Assembly: GCA_964590345.1 (NCBI GenBank)
Contig: CAZPVP010000001.1
Coordinates: 7,937-71,936 of the forward strand
Direction: 5' to 3'
DNA: 64,000 bases
Source: an uncultured Gammaproteobacteria bacterium
GTDB taxonomy: Bacteria; Patescibacteriota; Patescibacteriia; CAIXNZ01
The position numbers were made by a program, and so were the translations under genes. The notes under the pieces were generated by a model, which did no database searches, was not told where the DNA came from, and saw nothing but the letters and a program-made list of their open reading frames with translations. Below are positions 1-9,445 of the stretch, in pieces (positions within the stretch are counted from its first letter, which is position 1; the number at the start of each line of letters is the position of its first letter).

Positions 1-2167
1 GGCCAATAAACTGATGGGCAATGGTTAAGCAAAGTTTATATTTTCTTGCTTCTGATAAAATTACCTGAATCCCCTCGGTTAAAAAATTCTGAAATTCATC
101 AATATACAAATAAAAATCTTTCCTTTGCTCAACTGGAATGTTTGCCCTACCCAGGGCAGCCATTAAAATTTTACCAACAATTACCATGCCCAATAAATTT
201 GCATTAATATCGCCGATTAGGCCTTTTGACAGCTTAACTAAAATTATTTTTCCTTCATTCATGGCCTTACTAAAATTCAAAGAGCTTTTTTGCTGCGCTA
301 CAATTGGCCGCATAATATCATTGGCAATAAAAGTAGTCAATTTTGAAGTAATATAAGGCACCATATTAGCCAAAGCAGCTTCACCGCCTGCTTTTTCCGC
401 CTCTTTTTCCCAAAAATCTTTAACTACCGGTGTTTTGGCTTTAGAAAGTTTGTATCGCCTAAACTCTTCGTCAGCCAAAACTTTTGAAACTTCCAATAAA
501 GTTGAACCTGATTCTGGATCTTCCATCATCAAAAGCATGGTATTTCTCATGTATTGCTCAAACATTGGCCCGCCAGTAGCTCTTATATCATAAAGCTTGT
601 CAAAAATATTCATCATTTCGTTAATGACAAAAGTTTTTTGCTCAGGCGTGTCAAATTCCAACATATTAAGAGCCAATGGCCTTTCAGTATCAGAAGGATC
701 AAACAAAATCACGTCTTCAGCTCTTTCTTTTGGCACCCAACCTAAAAGTTCATCAACCGCATCACCATGCGGATCTATAAAACAAACCCCCTTCCCACTT
801 CTTATATCTTGTAAAGCCATATTTAACTGGATAACCGATTTACCAGTACCTGTTTGTCCAATGATATAAACATGACGTCGACGGTCATCATCAGTTAATT
901 TTACTTCTTTATGAACACCGCGAAAATTATTATAGCCAACAGTAATACCTTCGGCTGGCAAATCAGTTGGCGGAGCTGACCGCTTAGCTGTTAACCAGAC
1001 AATATTGGGGGTTTCCGTATGACCCAAAGGAAAATGGAAAATTGAAGTAATTTCTTCAGTATTCATTATCATTTTGGCTTTTTCATCAAATTCACGGAAA
1101 ATAAAATCACTGATCAATTTTTCTTTTTTTGTCTTATATCTTTTAAATGCATTGCCATATTCATAAATATTAAACTGGGCAAAACTGTTTATGATATTTT
1201 CTAAATAAGACTTTGCTTTTGGTTCAGTGTCAGCAGAAACTACAATACGAATATTAACGTCCAAACCGCCTTTAGCAGCTTTTTCTTCAATACCTTTAAC
1301 AATTTCCTGTTCTAAGGCTGAAAGCTGATAAGATTTTTCAGATTCTTTTATTTCTTCTCTTTTCTGGCCGCCCCAACCTTCAAAAAACTTAGCGATTTTT
1401 TTCAAAGAAAAACCACTGCCTGCTTCGGCAATTGCTTCACTTATTTTTTTTCCTTGATAAGCAGCTGAAGCGGTTTTTTGGCCCCATTTATGCCATTCTG
1501 GTGTAGCAGATCTGGCAATAAGCTGAATAGCAGCGCCTGAATTTTTATCTAATTTACTTAAGGCATTTGTCAAAGCATTTAATGAATCAGATTCCAATTT
1601 ACGATAAGTTTTTATTGGATAAATATATTCTTTTTTAAATTTAAGCATTGAACCAACAACAATGCCTTTAGGATCAAAGATATTATAATCTTCTACATCC
1701 TCAACCAATGCTTCAGGAAATTGAGCAGTAATCTGATCTTCTATAAAAGCCTTTAAATTTTCCGGCACAACAACATAAAAATAAATCAATCCGTCTTTTA
1801 AAACGATCTCAAAAGACATGTGATCGGTTCGGCCTAAAAAATTATATTTTAATCCCTTTTGGGCTTTTAATCCAGCGATATTAGAAAAAAACGATTCCAT
1901 AATAGCAATTTTCTCAGCTAATTCCTGCTGGCTTTTAGGTTCAGTAATTCTACCGCCTTCTTCAACTTCATATTTGGGCACTAAAACTAACAAAACCGAA
2001 TGCTTAAAACTTGTCAAATTTTTATAAATTTTTCTGGTTATTTTCTTTGATAAGCTATATAAAATCAAAAGCGTAAAAATCGCAATAATTAAAACCAAAC
2101 CCAAAATTACTAATAATCTGGGGCCTGTAATTTCTAAAAATCCCAATTGAATAATTAAATTTTCCAT
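1..2167 (-). CDS. VirB4/TrbE-like (DUF87/AAA-like) ATPase, 5'-partial (runs off window start)
   Basis: Uninterrupted minus-strand reading frame from ATG at 2165-2167 (MENLIIQLGFLEITGPRLLVILGLVLIIAI..., N-terminal TM helix) to beyond position 1. In-frame Walker A YIIGQTGTGKSV at 838-871, about 433 aa from the start, followed by FIDPHGD-like segment, as in VirB4/TraC ATPases. Confidence 0.5.
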   Translation of the reverse strand, partial: MENLIIQLGFLEITGPRLLVILGLVLIIAIFTLLILYSLSKKITRKIYKNLTSFKHSVLLVLVPKYEVEEGGRITEPKSQQELAEKIAIMESFFSNIAGLKAQKGLKYNFLGRTDHMSFEIVLKDGLIYFYVVVPENLKAFIEDQITAQFPEALVEDVEDYNIFDPKGIVVGSMLKFKKEYIYPIKTYRKLESDSLNALTNALSKLDKNSGAAIQLIARSATPEWHKWGQKTASAAYQGKKISEAIAEAGSGFSLKKIAKFFEGWGGQKREEIKESEKSYQLSALEQEIVKGIEEKAAKGGLDVNIRIVVSADTEPKAKSYLENIINSFAQFNIYEYGNAFKRYKTKKEKLISDFIFREFDEKAKMIMNTEEITSIFHFPLGHTETPNIVWLTAKRSAPPTDLPAEGITVGYNNFRGVHKEVKLTDDDRRRHVYIIGQTGTGKSVIQLNMALQDIRSGKGVCFIDPHGDAVDELLGWVPKERAEDVILFDPSDTERPLALNMLEFDTPEQKTFVINEMMNIFDKLYDIRATGGPMFEQYMRNTMLLMMEDPESGSTLLEVSKVLADEEFRRYKLSKAKTPVVKDFWEKEAEKAGGEAALANMVPYITSKLTTFIANDIMRPIVAQQKSSLNFSKAMNEGKIILVKLSKGLIGDINANLLGMVIVGKILMAALGRANIPVEQRKDFYLYIDEFQNFLTEGIQVILSEARKYKLCLTIAHQFIG

Positions 2168-2179
2168 TTTATCCCTTTT

Positions 2180-2719
2180 TTATATTTTGTTTTTGTCTTT
2201 TTCAGAAACAAATGAGTTTTCCTCTTTTATATCCAAAATTTTATCAGTTTTTATTTTGGCTTCCTGTTCTAAAAAAAATTTGTTAATACCAGGAATTATT
2301 TTTAACCAATTCCTGATTAAATCTAAAATTTTCTTTATTTTAACCTTAGCTTCTCTTAAAAGATTTTCTATTTTAGAAGCTGTTTCTTCGCCAGCCTGTT
2401 TAAATTCTGCCTGCTTTTCTGGCGACATTTTAAAATAAACTTTTTCTAAATCTTCTTCCAAAATATCTTCGATTTTTTCTAAAGTTGGGCTCTTAGCCGG
2501 CGCTTCAGCTGGTGCTGTCGGTGCCACGGTTGGCGGAGGAATAACTTCTTCTTTTTCTTTAATTTCTTTGGCTTTTTCAATTTCCGGTGCTTTTTCAACT
2601 TCAACTTTTTTTTCAACTTCAAACTCAGCCGGCTTTTCTTTAATTTGTTCCGGCAGGTTAGCCGCTTCTTGATTTTGCGGCTCTTCTTGTTTTTTACTGA
2701 TATCCTGCATTTTAATCAA
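2180..2719 (-). CDS. hypothetical E/K/P-rich low-complexity (coiled-coil) protein, immediately upstream of and co-directional with the VirB4-like ATPase
   Basis: 179-aa ORF, strongly charged repeats (EKAKEIKEKEE, PPPTVAPTAPAEAP). Confidence 0.4.
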   Translation of the reverse strand: MIKMQDISKKQEEPQNQEAANLPEQIKEKPAEFEVEKKVEVEKAPEIEKAKEIKEKEEVIPPPTVAPTAPAEAPAKSPTLEKIEDILEEDLEKVYFKMSPEKQAEFKQAGEETASKIENLLREAKVKIKKILDLIRNWLKIIPGINKFFLEQEAKIKTDKILDIKEENSFVSEKDKNKI

Positions 2720-2902
2720 TTAAATTTAATTATAATAAATTATACTATATTTAGCTCAAAAATTAAAGCTATTTATAAATCTGAAATAATCACTATTTTC
2801 AACTTCACCTTTCGCAGCCATAACCATTCTTCGTCCTACTTGCATTTTATTCCCAATATTTCAATATTTATGGTATAATAATAAAAAACTTAACTGCAAA
2901 AC

Positions 2903-3829
2903 ATGCCAGAAAAACAAATTATTAAATCTAATAAATTAAGCTGGATCAATATTGTCAATGCTTCTGAAGAAGAAATTTCTTATTTAAAGAAAAAACTTAA
3001 GTTTAATCAGTTAGATTTAAATGATGCTTATTCGCATCGACACGCCCAAAGGCCTAAAATTAATATTAGACCTCATTATCTTTTTATAATCTTGCTCTTT
3101 CCTGTTTATGATAGAAAAAACCGCGAGATAAAACCAGCTGAAATAGATATTTTTATTACTAAAAATCATTTAATCACTCTGCATTATAACCAGCTCAAGC
3201 CACTTAAAGATTTTTTCAAAAACTGCCTTAATGATAAAAATGAGAAGGATCTGTATCTAAATCAAAGTTCAGCCATGCTTTTATATGAAATTTTAGACCG
3301 TCTCTATGTTTCTGTTTTCCCTATGCTGGATCATATCAGCTTGAATCTCAATGCTATTGAAAAGAATTTGTTTCGCGGCAAAGAAAGGCAAATGGTTAAA
3401 GAAATCTTAGTTGTAAAAAGAAATGTTGTTTATTTCAGAAAAATAATGCAAACTCATAAAAATGTACTAAAAAAATTCATTGCTGCAAAACCGCCTTCGC
3501 AAGAAAAAGAAGAAACAATTTTTTATCAGGACATAATTGATTACACCAAAAATATTTGGGATCTTTTAGAAAATTATCAACAGGCTATAAATGCCTTGGA
3601 AGATACTAACAATGCCTTGGTCACATTCAAATTAAATGACATTATGACAACGTTAACTATATTTTCAGTCATAATTTTTCCTTTAACTCTAATGGCCGCT
3701 ATTTTTGGCATGAATGTTATTCATATGCCTATTGTAGGCTCAAATCTTGACTTTTGGAAAATTTTAGGTATAATGCTAATTATCACTATTGGCATGTTTA
3801 CCTATTTTAAACATAAAAAATGGCTTTAA
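2903..3829 (+). CDS. corA: CorA-family Mg2+/Co2+ transporter
   Basis: 308 aa; C-terminal two TM helices with AIFGMNVIHMP (GMN signature motif). Confidence 0.7.
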   Translation: MPEKQIIKSNKLSWINIVNASEEEISYLKKKLKFNQLDLNDAYSHRHAQRPKINIRPHYLFIILLFPVYDRKNREIKPAEIDIFITKNHLITLHYNQLKPLKDFFKNCLNDKNEKDLYLNQSSAMLLYEILDRLYVSVFPMLDHISLNLNAIEKNLFRGKERQMVKEILVVKRNVVYFRKIMQTHKNVLKKFIAAKPPSQEKEETIFYQDIIDYTKNIWDLLENYQQAINALEDTNNALVTFKLNDIMTTLTIFSVIIFPLTLMAAIFGMNVIHMPIVGSNLDFWKILGIMLIITIGMFTYFKHKKWL

Positions 3830-3845
3830 TTAAGGAGGAATAACA

Positions 3846-4049
3846 GTGAAAATCGTTCTTAAATCTAAACAAATAAAAACCTTATCACAAACAAATATTC
3901 GGGTTAATTCTCTTATAAACTGGCTTAGAAATCCGTCAGATGAATATGCCACTATTGAAGAATACCCGGGATATGTTAAAATGTCTGATATTGATGTAAA
4001 AGCTACAGAAAAATTACATCAAAATCACGGCCCCGCACCTAAAAAATAG
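3846..4049 (+). CDS. small hypothetical protein (GTG start)
   Basis: 67-aa ORF with strong SD AAGGAGG 11 nt upstream of GTG; ends inside terminator hairpin. Confidence 0.35.
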   Translation: MKIVLKSKQIKTLSQTNIRVNSLINWLRNPSDEYATIEEYPGYVKMSDIDVKATEKLHQNHGPAPKK

Positions 4050-4067
4050 GTGCGGGATTATTTTTTA
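4031..4067. terminator. bidirectional rho-independent terminator
   Basis: CCCGCACCT-aaaaaat-AGGTGCGGG hairpin followed by ATTATTTTTT; lies between convergent genes (stop codons at 4049 and 4058). Confidence 0.6.
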
Positions 4068-4585
4068 TATTCATAAATAAAAATAGTATTTGCTTTCAGA
4101 TCCGGCTTACTTTCAATCAAAAGATATCTCTGCCAATCTTTAATTTCAAAACAATACGATATGACAATTAATGATTTATTTACCTCATTTACAATTTTTT
4201 GGGCCAATTCATTAACAGGCTTGGTATTGGAAAAAACATAAATATAATCAGCCTGGTTCAAATCTAAAAGCATATAATCATTTAATTTTAGTTTAACATT
4301 TTTATAATTACCCAAAATTTTTCTCAATTGGCAAAACAGAAATAAAAACAAAGAAATTTCAATGCCGACAAATTTAACTTCAGGATATTTTTTAGCTAAA
4401 TAAAAAATGACCCGGCCGTTGCCGCAGCCCAACTCATAAAAAGTTTTATTAGTTTCTAATTTAATTAAACTGTCCAATCTTTTCAAATCTTCTTTAAAAA
4501 TCGGGACCCAGGGCGCTTTATAACGGAAAATCAAAAGGTATAACAGGAATAAAAACGCAATAATTAAAATAATCTGCCACCACAT
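4058..4585 (-). CDS. class I SAM-dependent methyltransferase with N-terminal TM helix
   Basis: Motif I ELGCGNGRV; 175 aa. Confidence 0.55.
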   Translation of the reverse strand: MWWQIILIIAFLFLLYLLIFRYKAPWVPIFKEDLKRLDSLIKLETNKTFYELGCGNGRVIFYLAKKYPEVKFVGIEISLFLFLFCQLRKILGNYKNVKLKLNDYMLLDLNQADYIYVFSNTKPVNELAQKIVNEVNKSLIVISYCFEIKDWQRYLLIESKPDLKANTIFIYEYKK

Positions 4586-4592
4586 AATTTGC

Positions 4593-5090
4593 TTATTTTA
4601 ATTTAGGCAAGTATGTTAGAATATCTTTTAAGCAACTTTCAAGCGGTTTATTTATATCAATTAAAAATCCGCAATCAAATTCAGTGGATTTTTTATATAC
4701 AGCTTCCACAGCATCTTTACCATGAGTTTTTTTGCGCTTTAAATCTCTTGCCAGACAAACTTGCAAAGGAGCTTTTAGGGTAAAGACAAAATGCGGGAAA
4801 TCCAATCTATTAATTAAATCTTCTGCTTGTGATTGCCAATAAAAATTGCCGTCAAAGACTACTGGCCTCTTCTTATTTAAAGACTGCATTGCCAAAGGAG
4901 CAATTATCTCATTTACTCTAATAAAACTTTTTTGTGAGATATATCCATCTTCCCATTCATCTTCTAATTTATTTTCACTCAACACCCGATCAATTTCAAA
5001 ATATTCAGCCCCTAATTTTTCGGCTATTTTTTTCGCAATCGTTGATTTACCGCAACCCAATGGTCCGCGAATAATGATATAAAAACTCAT
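4593..5090 (-). CDS. P-loop NTPase / nucleotide-kinase-like protein
   Basis: Walker A IIRGPLGCGKSTIAKKIAEKLG at N-terminus; 165 aa, size and motif typical of small AAA_33/NMP-kinase-like proteins. Confidence 0.45.
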   Translation of the reverse strand: MSFYIIIRGPLGCGKSTIAKKIAEKLGAEYFEIDRVLSENKLEDEWEDGYISQKSFIRVNEIIAPLAMQSLNKKRPVVFDGNFYWQSQAEDLINRLDFPHFVFTLKAPLQVCLARDLKRKKTHGKDAVEAVYKKSTEFDCGFLIDINKPLESCLKDILTYLPKLK

Positions 5091-5098
5091 AGTTAAAA

Positions 5099-6505
5099 TT
5101 ATTTCTTTTTAATACGTGGCCCTTCAGGCGTATCCTCAATTAAATACCCTTTACTAGCGCTTACACTTCTTAACTCATCGGCCATACTCCAATTCCCTGC
5201 CTTACGCGCTTCTTCCCTTTCCGCAACTAATTTTTCAATTTCTTGCGGTATTTTAACTTTCTCTTTTTTTATTTTAGAAAAATCCAAACCTAAAATTTTA
5301 TCAAAATCTAAAATAGTAGCTAATTTATCTTCTGTTTTTTTCTTGTTATCTTTAATTAATTGCCATGCTAAAGCTAAAGCTGCCGGCATATCCAAATCAT
5401 TGTTAATTTTGCTTAAAAATTTCTCTTGATATTTTTCTAAAATTTTTCCTTTTTTTTCTTTTTGCTGGACCAGTTCTAAAATTTTATTCTGTAGATTTTC
5501 TAAGCCATTTTGTGCGTCCAATAAACTTTCAAAAGTAAAATTCAAAGGCGTGCGGTAATGGGCCTGCAATGTCAAATAACGATAAGCCAAGGGCTTAAAT
5601 CCTTTTTCTTTTAAATCTTTTAAAGTTATAAAAGTGCTGGCGCTTTTTGCCATTTTGCCATGCTTAATCTGCAAAAATGCCACATGCAGCCAATAGCGGA
5701 CGAATTTTTGGCCGGTTGCTGCTTCGCTTTGAGCTATCTCATTAGTATGATGGACTGGAATATGATCTTCCCCACCGCAATGAATATCAATTGTTTTTCC
5801 CAAATATTTCATGCTCATAGCTGAACATTCAATATGCCAGCCAGGAAACCCTTTACCCCAGGGGCTGTCCCAAACCATAACATGATTTTTATATTTACCG
5901 ACCGCCTTAAACCACAAAACAAAATCAGCCGGATTTTTTTTGTCTTCTTTTTCTCCGATTCTGGCACCGCCAATTAACGACTCCAAATCCAATTTGGCTA
6001 ACTTAGTATAATCTTTAAACTTGCTGACATCAAAATAAATTGCTTGTTTTGTTTCATAGGTATAGCCTTTTTTTTCTAATATCTGAATTAACTTGATCAT
6101 TTCCTTGATATGCTCAGTAGCTCTGCACCAAATATCAGGCTCAAGGATATTCAAATCTTTTATATCGCTTTTGAATTCTTTTGTATATTTATCAGCAATT
6201 TTTAACAATGAATCAGCCGTAAGTTTTAATCCTTCGCGCTTTAAAGCTTTCATCATCTTATCCTCACCTTCATCAGCATCAGAAACCAAATGGCCGACAT
6301 CAGTAATATTCATCACATGTTTGACCTTATAACTATTGTAAAACAAAGCTCTTTTTAACACATCTTCAAAAATATAAGCGCGCAAATTGCCAATATGAGC
6401 ATAATCATAAACAGTCGGACCGCAAGTATATAAACTAACCACTTTATCATGAAGTGGCTTAAATTCCTCTTTTTTACGAGTTAATGTGTTATATAGCTTT
6501 AGCAT
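5099..6505 (-). CDS. cysS: cysteine--tRNA ligase
   Basis: 468 aa; class I aaRS HIGN motif ([18 protein letters not shown]), KMAKS (KMSKS-like) motif, Cys-binding CSAMS region. Confidence 0.85.
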   Translation of the reverse strand: MLKLYNTLTRKKEEFKPLHDKVVSLYTCGPTVYDYAHIGNLRAYIFEDVLKRALFYNSYKVKHVMNITDVGHLVSDADEGEDKMMKALKREGLKLTADSLLKIADKYTKEFKSDIKDLNILEPDIWCRATEHIKEMIKLIQILEKKGYTYETKQAIYFDVSKFKDYTKLAKLDLESLIGGARIGEKEDKKNPADFVLWFKAVGKYKNHVMVWDSPWGKGFPGWHIECSAMSMKYLGKTIDIHCGGEDHIPVHHTNEIAQSEAATGQKFVRYWLHVAFLQIKHGKMAKSASTFITLKDLKEKGFKPLAYRYLTLQAHYRTPLNFTFESLLDAQNGLENLQNKILELVQQKEKKGKILEKYQEKFLSKINNDLDMPAALALAWQLIKDNKKKTEDKLATILDFDKILGLDFSKIKKEKVKIPQEIEKLVAEREEARKAGNWSMADELRSVSASKGYLIEDTPEGPRIKKK

Positions 6506-6523
6506 AATTCAAATTTTTAAATA

Positions 6524-6615
6524 AGGGCGAAAGCACCTCTTTTCTGGAAGGACACACTTTATTGTGTTACTATAACAGACTGAAGTCTGTCCCTCCGTTT
6601 AAGTCATTTTCGCTC
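6524..6615. repeat. about 90-bp palindromic intergenic repeat element (copy 1, degenerate ends)
   Basis: Shares ctggaaggacacactttaNtgtgtta...taacagact....tctgtccNtcc core with reverse-complement of 36316-36407 and a 23-nt exact match at 37299-37321; GGGCGAAAG... left end. Confidence 0.6.
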
Positions 6616-6659
6616 AAAATTTATATTTTTATTTTAACCTAAATTTTCCTAAAAATCAA

Positions 6660-6686
6660 AAAAACCCTTAATTTAAAGGGCTTCAT
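6660..6686 (-). terminator. rho-independent terminator (minus strand)
   Basis: On minus strand: AGCCCTT-taaatta-AAGGGTTTTTT downstream of stop of 6708..7019. Confidence 0.5.
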
Positions 6687-6707
6687 CAGGGTATTAAAAA
6701 ATAAACT

Positions 6708-7019
6708 CTAAGCATTTTCAGCTTTAAGCAATTCTACTTTTTTTTCTAACTCATAAATTCTTTTCTTTAATACTTCAATCTCTTGATAATTGGGTTTAAT
6801 ATCTTCATCGGTTCTTTTATCAATTTTATCAAGCCTCTCTTTTATATCTGCCAGTTCTTCTTCAATCTTATCTAGTCTCAGTATAATTGGAGCCAATTTT
6901 TCATCTAACTTATCATCCATCATTTTTTCCATAGCAGGCAATAATGTCTCTTCAGTAAATTGCGCTAAACCCTCATGGAATTTTTGTTGAGTTAAGGAAT
7001 TTTGATCATTTTCAGGCAT
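6708..7019 (-). CDS. small coiled-coil hypothetical protein
   Basis: 103 aa, heptad-like charged repeats (LDKIEEELADIKERLDKIDKR). Confidence 0.4.
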   Translation of the reverse strand: MPENDQNSLTQQKFHEGLAQFTEETLLPAMEKMMDDKLDEKLAPIILRLDKIEEELADIKERLDKIDKRTDEDIKPNYQEIEVLKKRIYELEKKVELLKAENA

Positions 7020-7058
7020 ATTTTTTTAAATTTATATTAACATTATAGCATATTAAAT

Positions 7059-8552
7059 TTATCTATGCAAAATATATTCGTAAATCAAATGAATAATAGA
7101 GCTTTTCGTTAACAAAGTAATTATCACACCTAATAGCATAAAAGGCGCAAAAGAAAAAGTTTTGTGCAAAATAATATGTTCAACCGGCGGATGTCCTTGG
7201 GCTTTAATTTCTTTATTTCTTTTTCTAATCATCTTTTTGATCTTCTCAGCCTGTTCCCGAGTCAATTTTCCGCGTAGGGATTTTATAAATATCTTAATCT
7301 CATTATTGTCACTTAAAATTAAATTTAACTGGTCTTTTTGTTCATTAGTTAATTTTTTTGTTATTTTATCAATTAAATCCTCCTCTGTTTTTTTATTTTT
7401 TTTATACTGATAAATATCTCTGATTAAAGAAGGCAAAGCATGAGGACTTAATCTTCTAAAAAATGAAATGAATTTATACTGCTTCCTATCCTGACTATCT
7501 TTTTTAGCTTTAATTAACTCCCAAAGGTGATCAAATTCTTCTTCTGGTAAAACATCTTTCACTTGTTTTTTAAATTTAGCAATATCCTTGTCAGTTTTAA
7601 AAATATCATTAAGTTGACTTTTGTTAATATATACTCCCGCCTGTAAATCATTGACTGGAATCATTCTCACTTCAGCTGAATTATAAAAAAATTGACCCAA
7701 CCTTTTACCATATTTAAAAATATAAAAAAATAACATCATAAATATCATTTGCAAAGCAAAAACTTTATGAAAATCTTCTATAATACTTTCATGAAAATAA
7801 ACTATTGTGCCAATAAAATATATTGCTATTAAAATTAAGGCAATAATTATTTTTTTTTGCAAAAATTGACGCAACGGACGAAAAATCAAAAACCCTATGA
7901 AGAAATATATAACATAAAAAAGATTACCTAAAAGTGGATCTAAAAAATTTTTAAACTTAGCTCTTATTAACTGAAATAAAATCAAAATTATTATAAAACT
8001 TAAACTAGTATATATGAATTCTTTAATTTTTATTTTATTTACTTTATGTTTTGATTTATAATTTTGAAAATATTTTTCAATTAATTTTGGTCTAAATAAA
8101 TAACTTACACCTAATTGGACTGGATACAATAACATTTTAATCAACAAATAAATAAAAATCGGCAAAATAATATTAATTAACAAGGTTAATGCAGGAAAAT
8201 ACTTAAAGTAAATAATGCCATAAAAACTAAAAGGAATTAAAAAAGCATAAAGTAAAAATAGCTTAGCATCACCACCTGACCAAAGTTTTAAATACCATAA
8301 GATAAAACCTAAAGCAAAAGCCAAACCAAAATTAGTTAATAAATATAAATAATCTAACCAATTAACTTCATATCTGGCTAATAATAAAATTATTAAAACT
8401 ACTATATTAATAACAGCTCCTAAAAATAAACCAATTTTTATCCATTTATTTTTAATTTTATTATACCTATAATCTTCGTAACAAACAATCAAGCCAATAA
8501 TTAAAACTATTAATATAAAAATATATACGATTACCTTGTTAAACAAAACCAT
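7059..8552 (-). CDS. A24-family prepilin-peptidase-like polytopic membrane protein with long charged C-terminal extension
   Basis: 497 aa; N-terminal multi-TM region containing LWSGGDAKLFLLYAF (GxGDxKL aspartyl-peptidase motif) and upstream YEDYRYNKIKN (first catalytic Asp context); last gene of the radical-SAM operon. Confidence 0.45.
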   Translation of the reverse strand: MVLFNKVIVYIFILIVLIIGLIVCYEDYRYNKIKNKWIKIGLFLGAVINIVVLIILLLARYEVNWLDYLYLLTNFGLAFALGFILWYLKLWSGGDAKLFLLYAFLIPFSFYGIIYFKYFPALTLLINIILPIFIYLLIKMLLYPVQLGVSYLFRPKLIEKYFQNYKSKHKVNKIKIKEFIYTSLSFIIILILFQLIRAKFKNFLDPLLGNLFYVIYFFIGFLIFRPLRQFLQKKIIIALILIAIYFIGTIVYFHESIIEDFHKVFALQMIFMMLFFYIFKYGKRLGQFFYNSAEVRMIPVNDLQAGVYINKSQLNDIFKTDKDIAKFKKQVKDVLPEEEFDHLWELIKAKKDSQDRKQYKFISFFRRLSPHALPSLIRDIYQYKKNKKTEEDLIDKITKKLTNEQKDQLNLILSDNNEIKIFIKSLRGKLTREQAEKIKKMIRKRNKEIKAQGHPPVEHIILHKTFSFAPFMLLGVIITLLTKSSIIHLIYEYILHR

Positions 8553-8556
8553 ACAA

Positions 8557-9441
8557 TTAAAATTTAACTGGTTTAATTATTTTTAAAACTGAATTATCAG
8601 AATCAACTTCAACAACATCGCCTTCAAAAAAATACTTATAAAAATTAATATTACTATAGATTAAAGGTTTTTTAATTTCTCGAAAAATCACTGCAACATG
8701 AGATGTATAACTATTTACTGGAGCAATAGTTGCCTTTACATTAATAAAATAAGGTAACAAATCCAAAGTTACTTTATTAATTAATAAAATATGATTCTTG
8801 AGTACTGCATCCTCTTTGTCAAACAGAAACTTAATTTCGCCAATCAAATTAGTATTTAAATTCATAATCTTTACAGGAATTTGCTTTTTAATATTCCTAC
8901 TATCATTAATCTCAGATAAAACTCTTAACATTTTTTCATCTTTATTTAATTTCGCAGATTCTAATATCTTTTTAATAACTCCTATATAACTTCCATAATA
9001 ATATGTTTTTCTTTGATAAGTAAAATTCCATTCATTTTTTATTTGTTGATATATATTTAATTGTTGAAATAATACATTTTTTATATTAATTAAATCACAT
9101 TCTTTTCTATATATATCAAATTTATCAGCAGGCAAAGAATAAATTTCAATTCGAGCATACTTTTTGACAAATTTCGCATATTCTTTAAAAAATTCAGAAC
9201 CATATGGAGGAATTAACTGCTCTTGATTTACAAATTCAACTTCCCAAGGAATTTTTGAATCTTTAATTAATATTTGGAATTGATTAAATTTATTATTTTT
9301 TAAAAAATAATAATCTTTAAAAAATAAACGGTTTTCAATAATCCAATCCTGATAACCAACCCCCCAACTATTAAGCATCTTATTCAAGCTTAATAATATT
9401 ACTTTAGTTTTATTTTCATTGTTTAAACTATTTAAAATCAT
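8557..9441 (-). CDS. hypothetical protein with C-terminal PEP-utilizing-enzyme mobile (phosphohistidine) domain-like segment
   Basis: C-terminal 60 aa VKATIAPVNSYTSHVAVIFREIKKPLIYSNINFYKYFFEGDVVEVDSDNSVLKI resembles PF00391 consensus (TSHAAIIARE..P....G..V.VDG). Confidence 0.35.
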   Translation of the reverse strand: MILNSLNNENKTKVILLSLNKMLNSWGVGYQDWIIENRLFFKDYYFLKNNKFNQFQILIKDSKIPWEVEFVNQEQLIPPYGSEFFKEYAKFVKKYARIEIYSLPADKFDIYRKECDLINIKNVLFQQLNIYQQIKNEWNFTYQRKTYYYGSYIGVIKKILESAKLNKDEKMLRVLSEINDSRNIKKQIPVKIMNLNTNLIGEIKFLFDKEDAVLKNHILLINKVTLDLLPYFINVKATIAPVNSYTSHVAVIFREIKKPLIYSNINFYKYFFEGDVVEVDSDNSVLKIIKPVKF

Positions 9442-9445
9442 AATT

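Noticed and set aside
138-869. Plus-strand ORFs 138..356, 554..745, 597..869
   Set aside because: Antisense to the long uninterrupted VirB4-like minus-strand frame that contains a Walker A motif.
6506-6707. T-box riboswitch leader for cysS
   Set aside because: Region is only about 200 nt; no specifier-loop/T-box (AATTAGGGTGGNACCGCG) sequence is visible, and most of it is explained by the palindromic repeat element.
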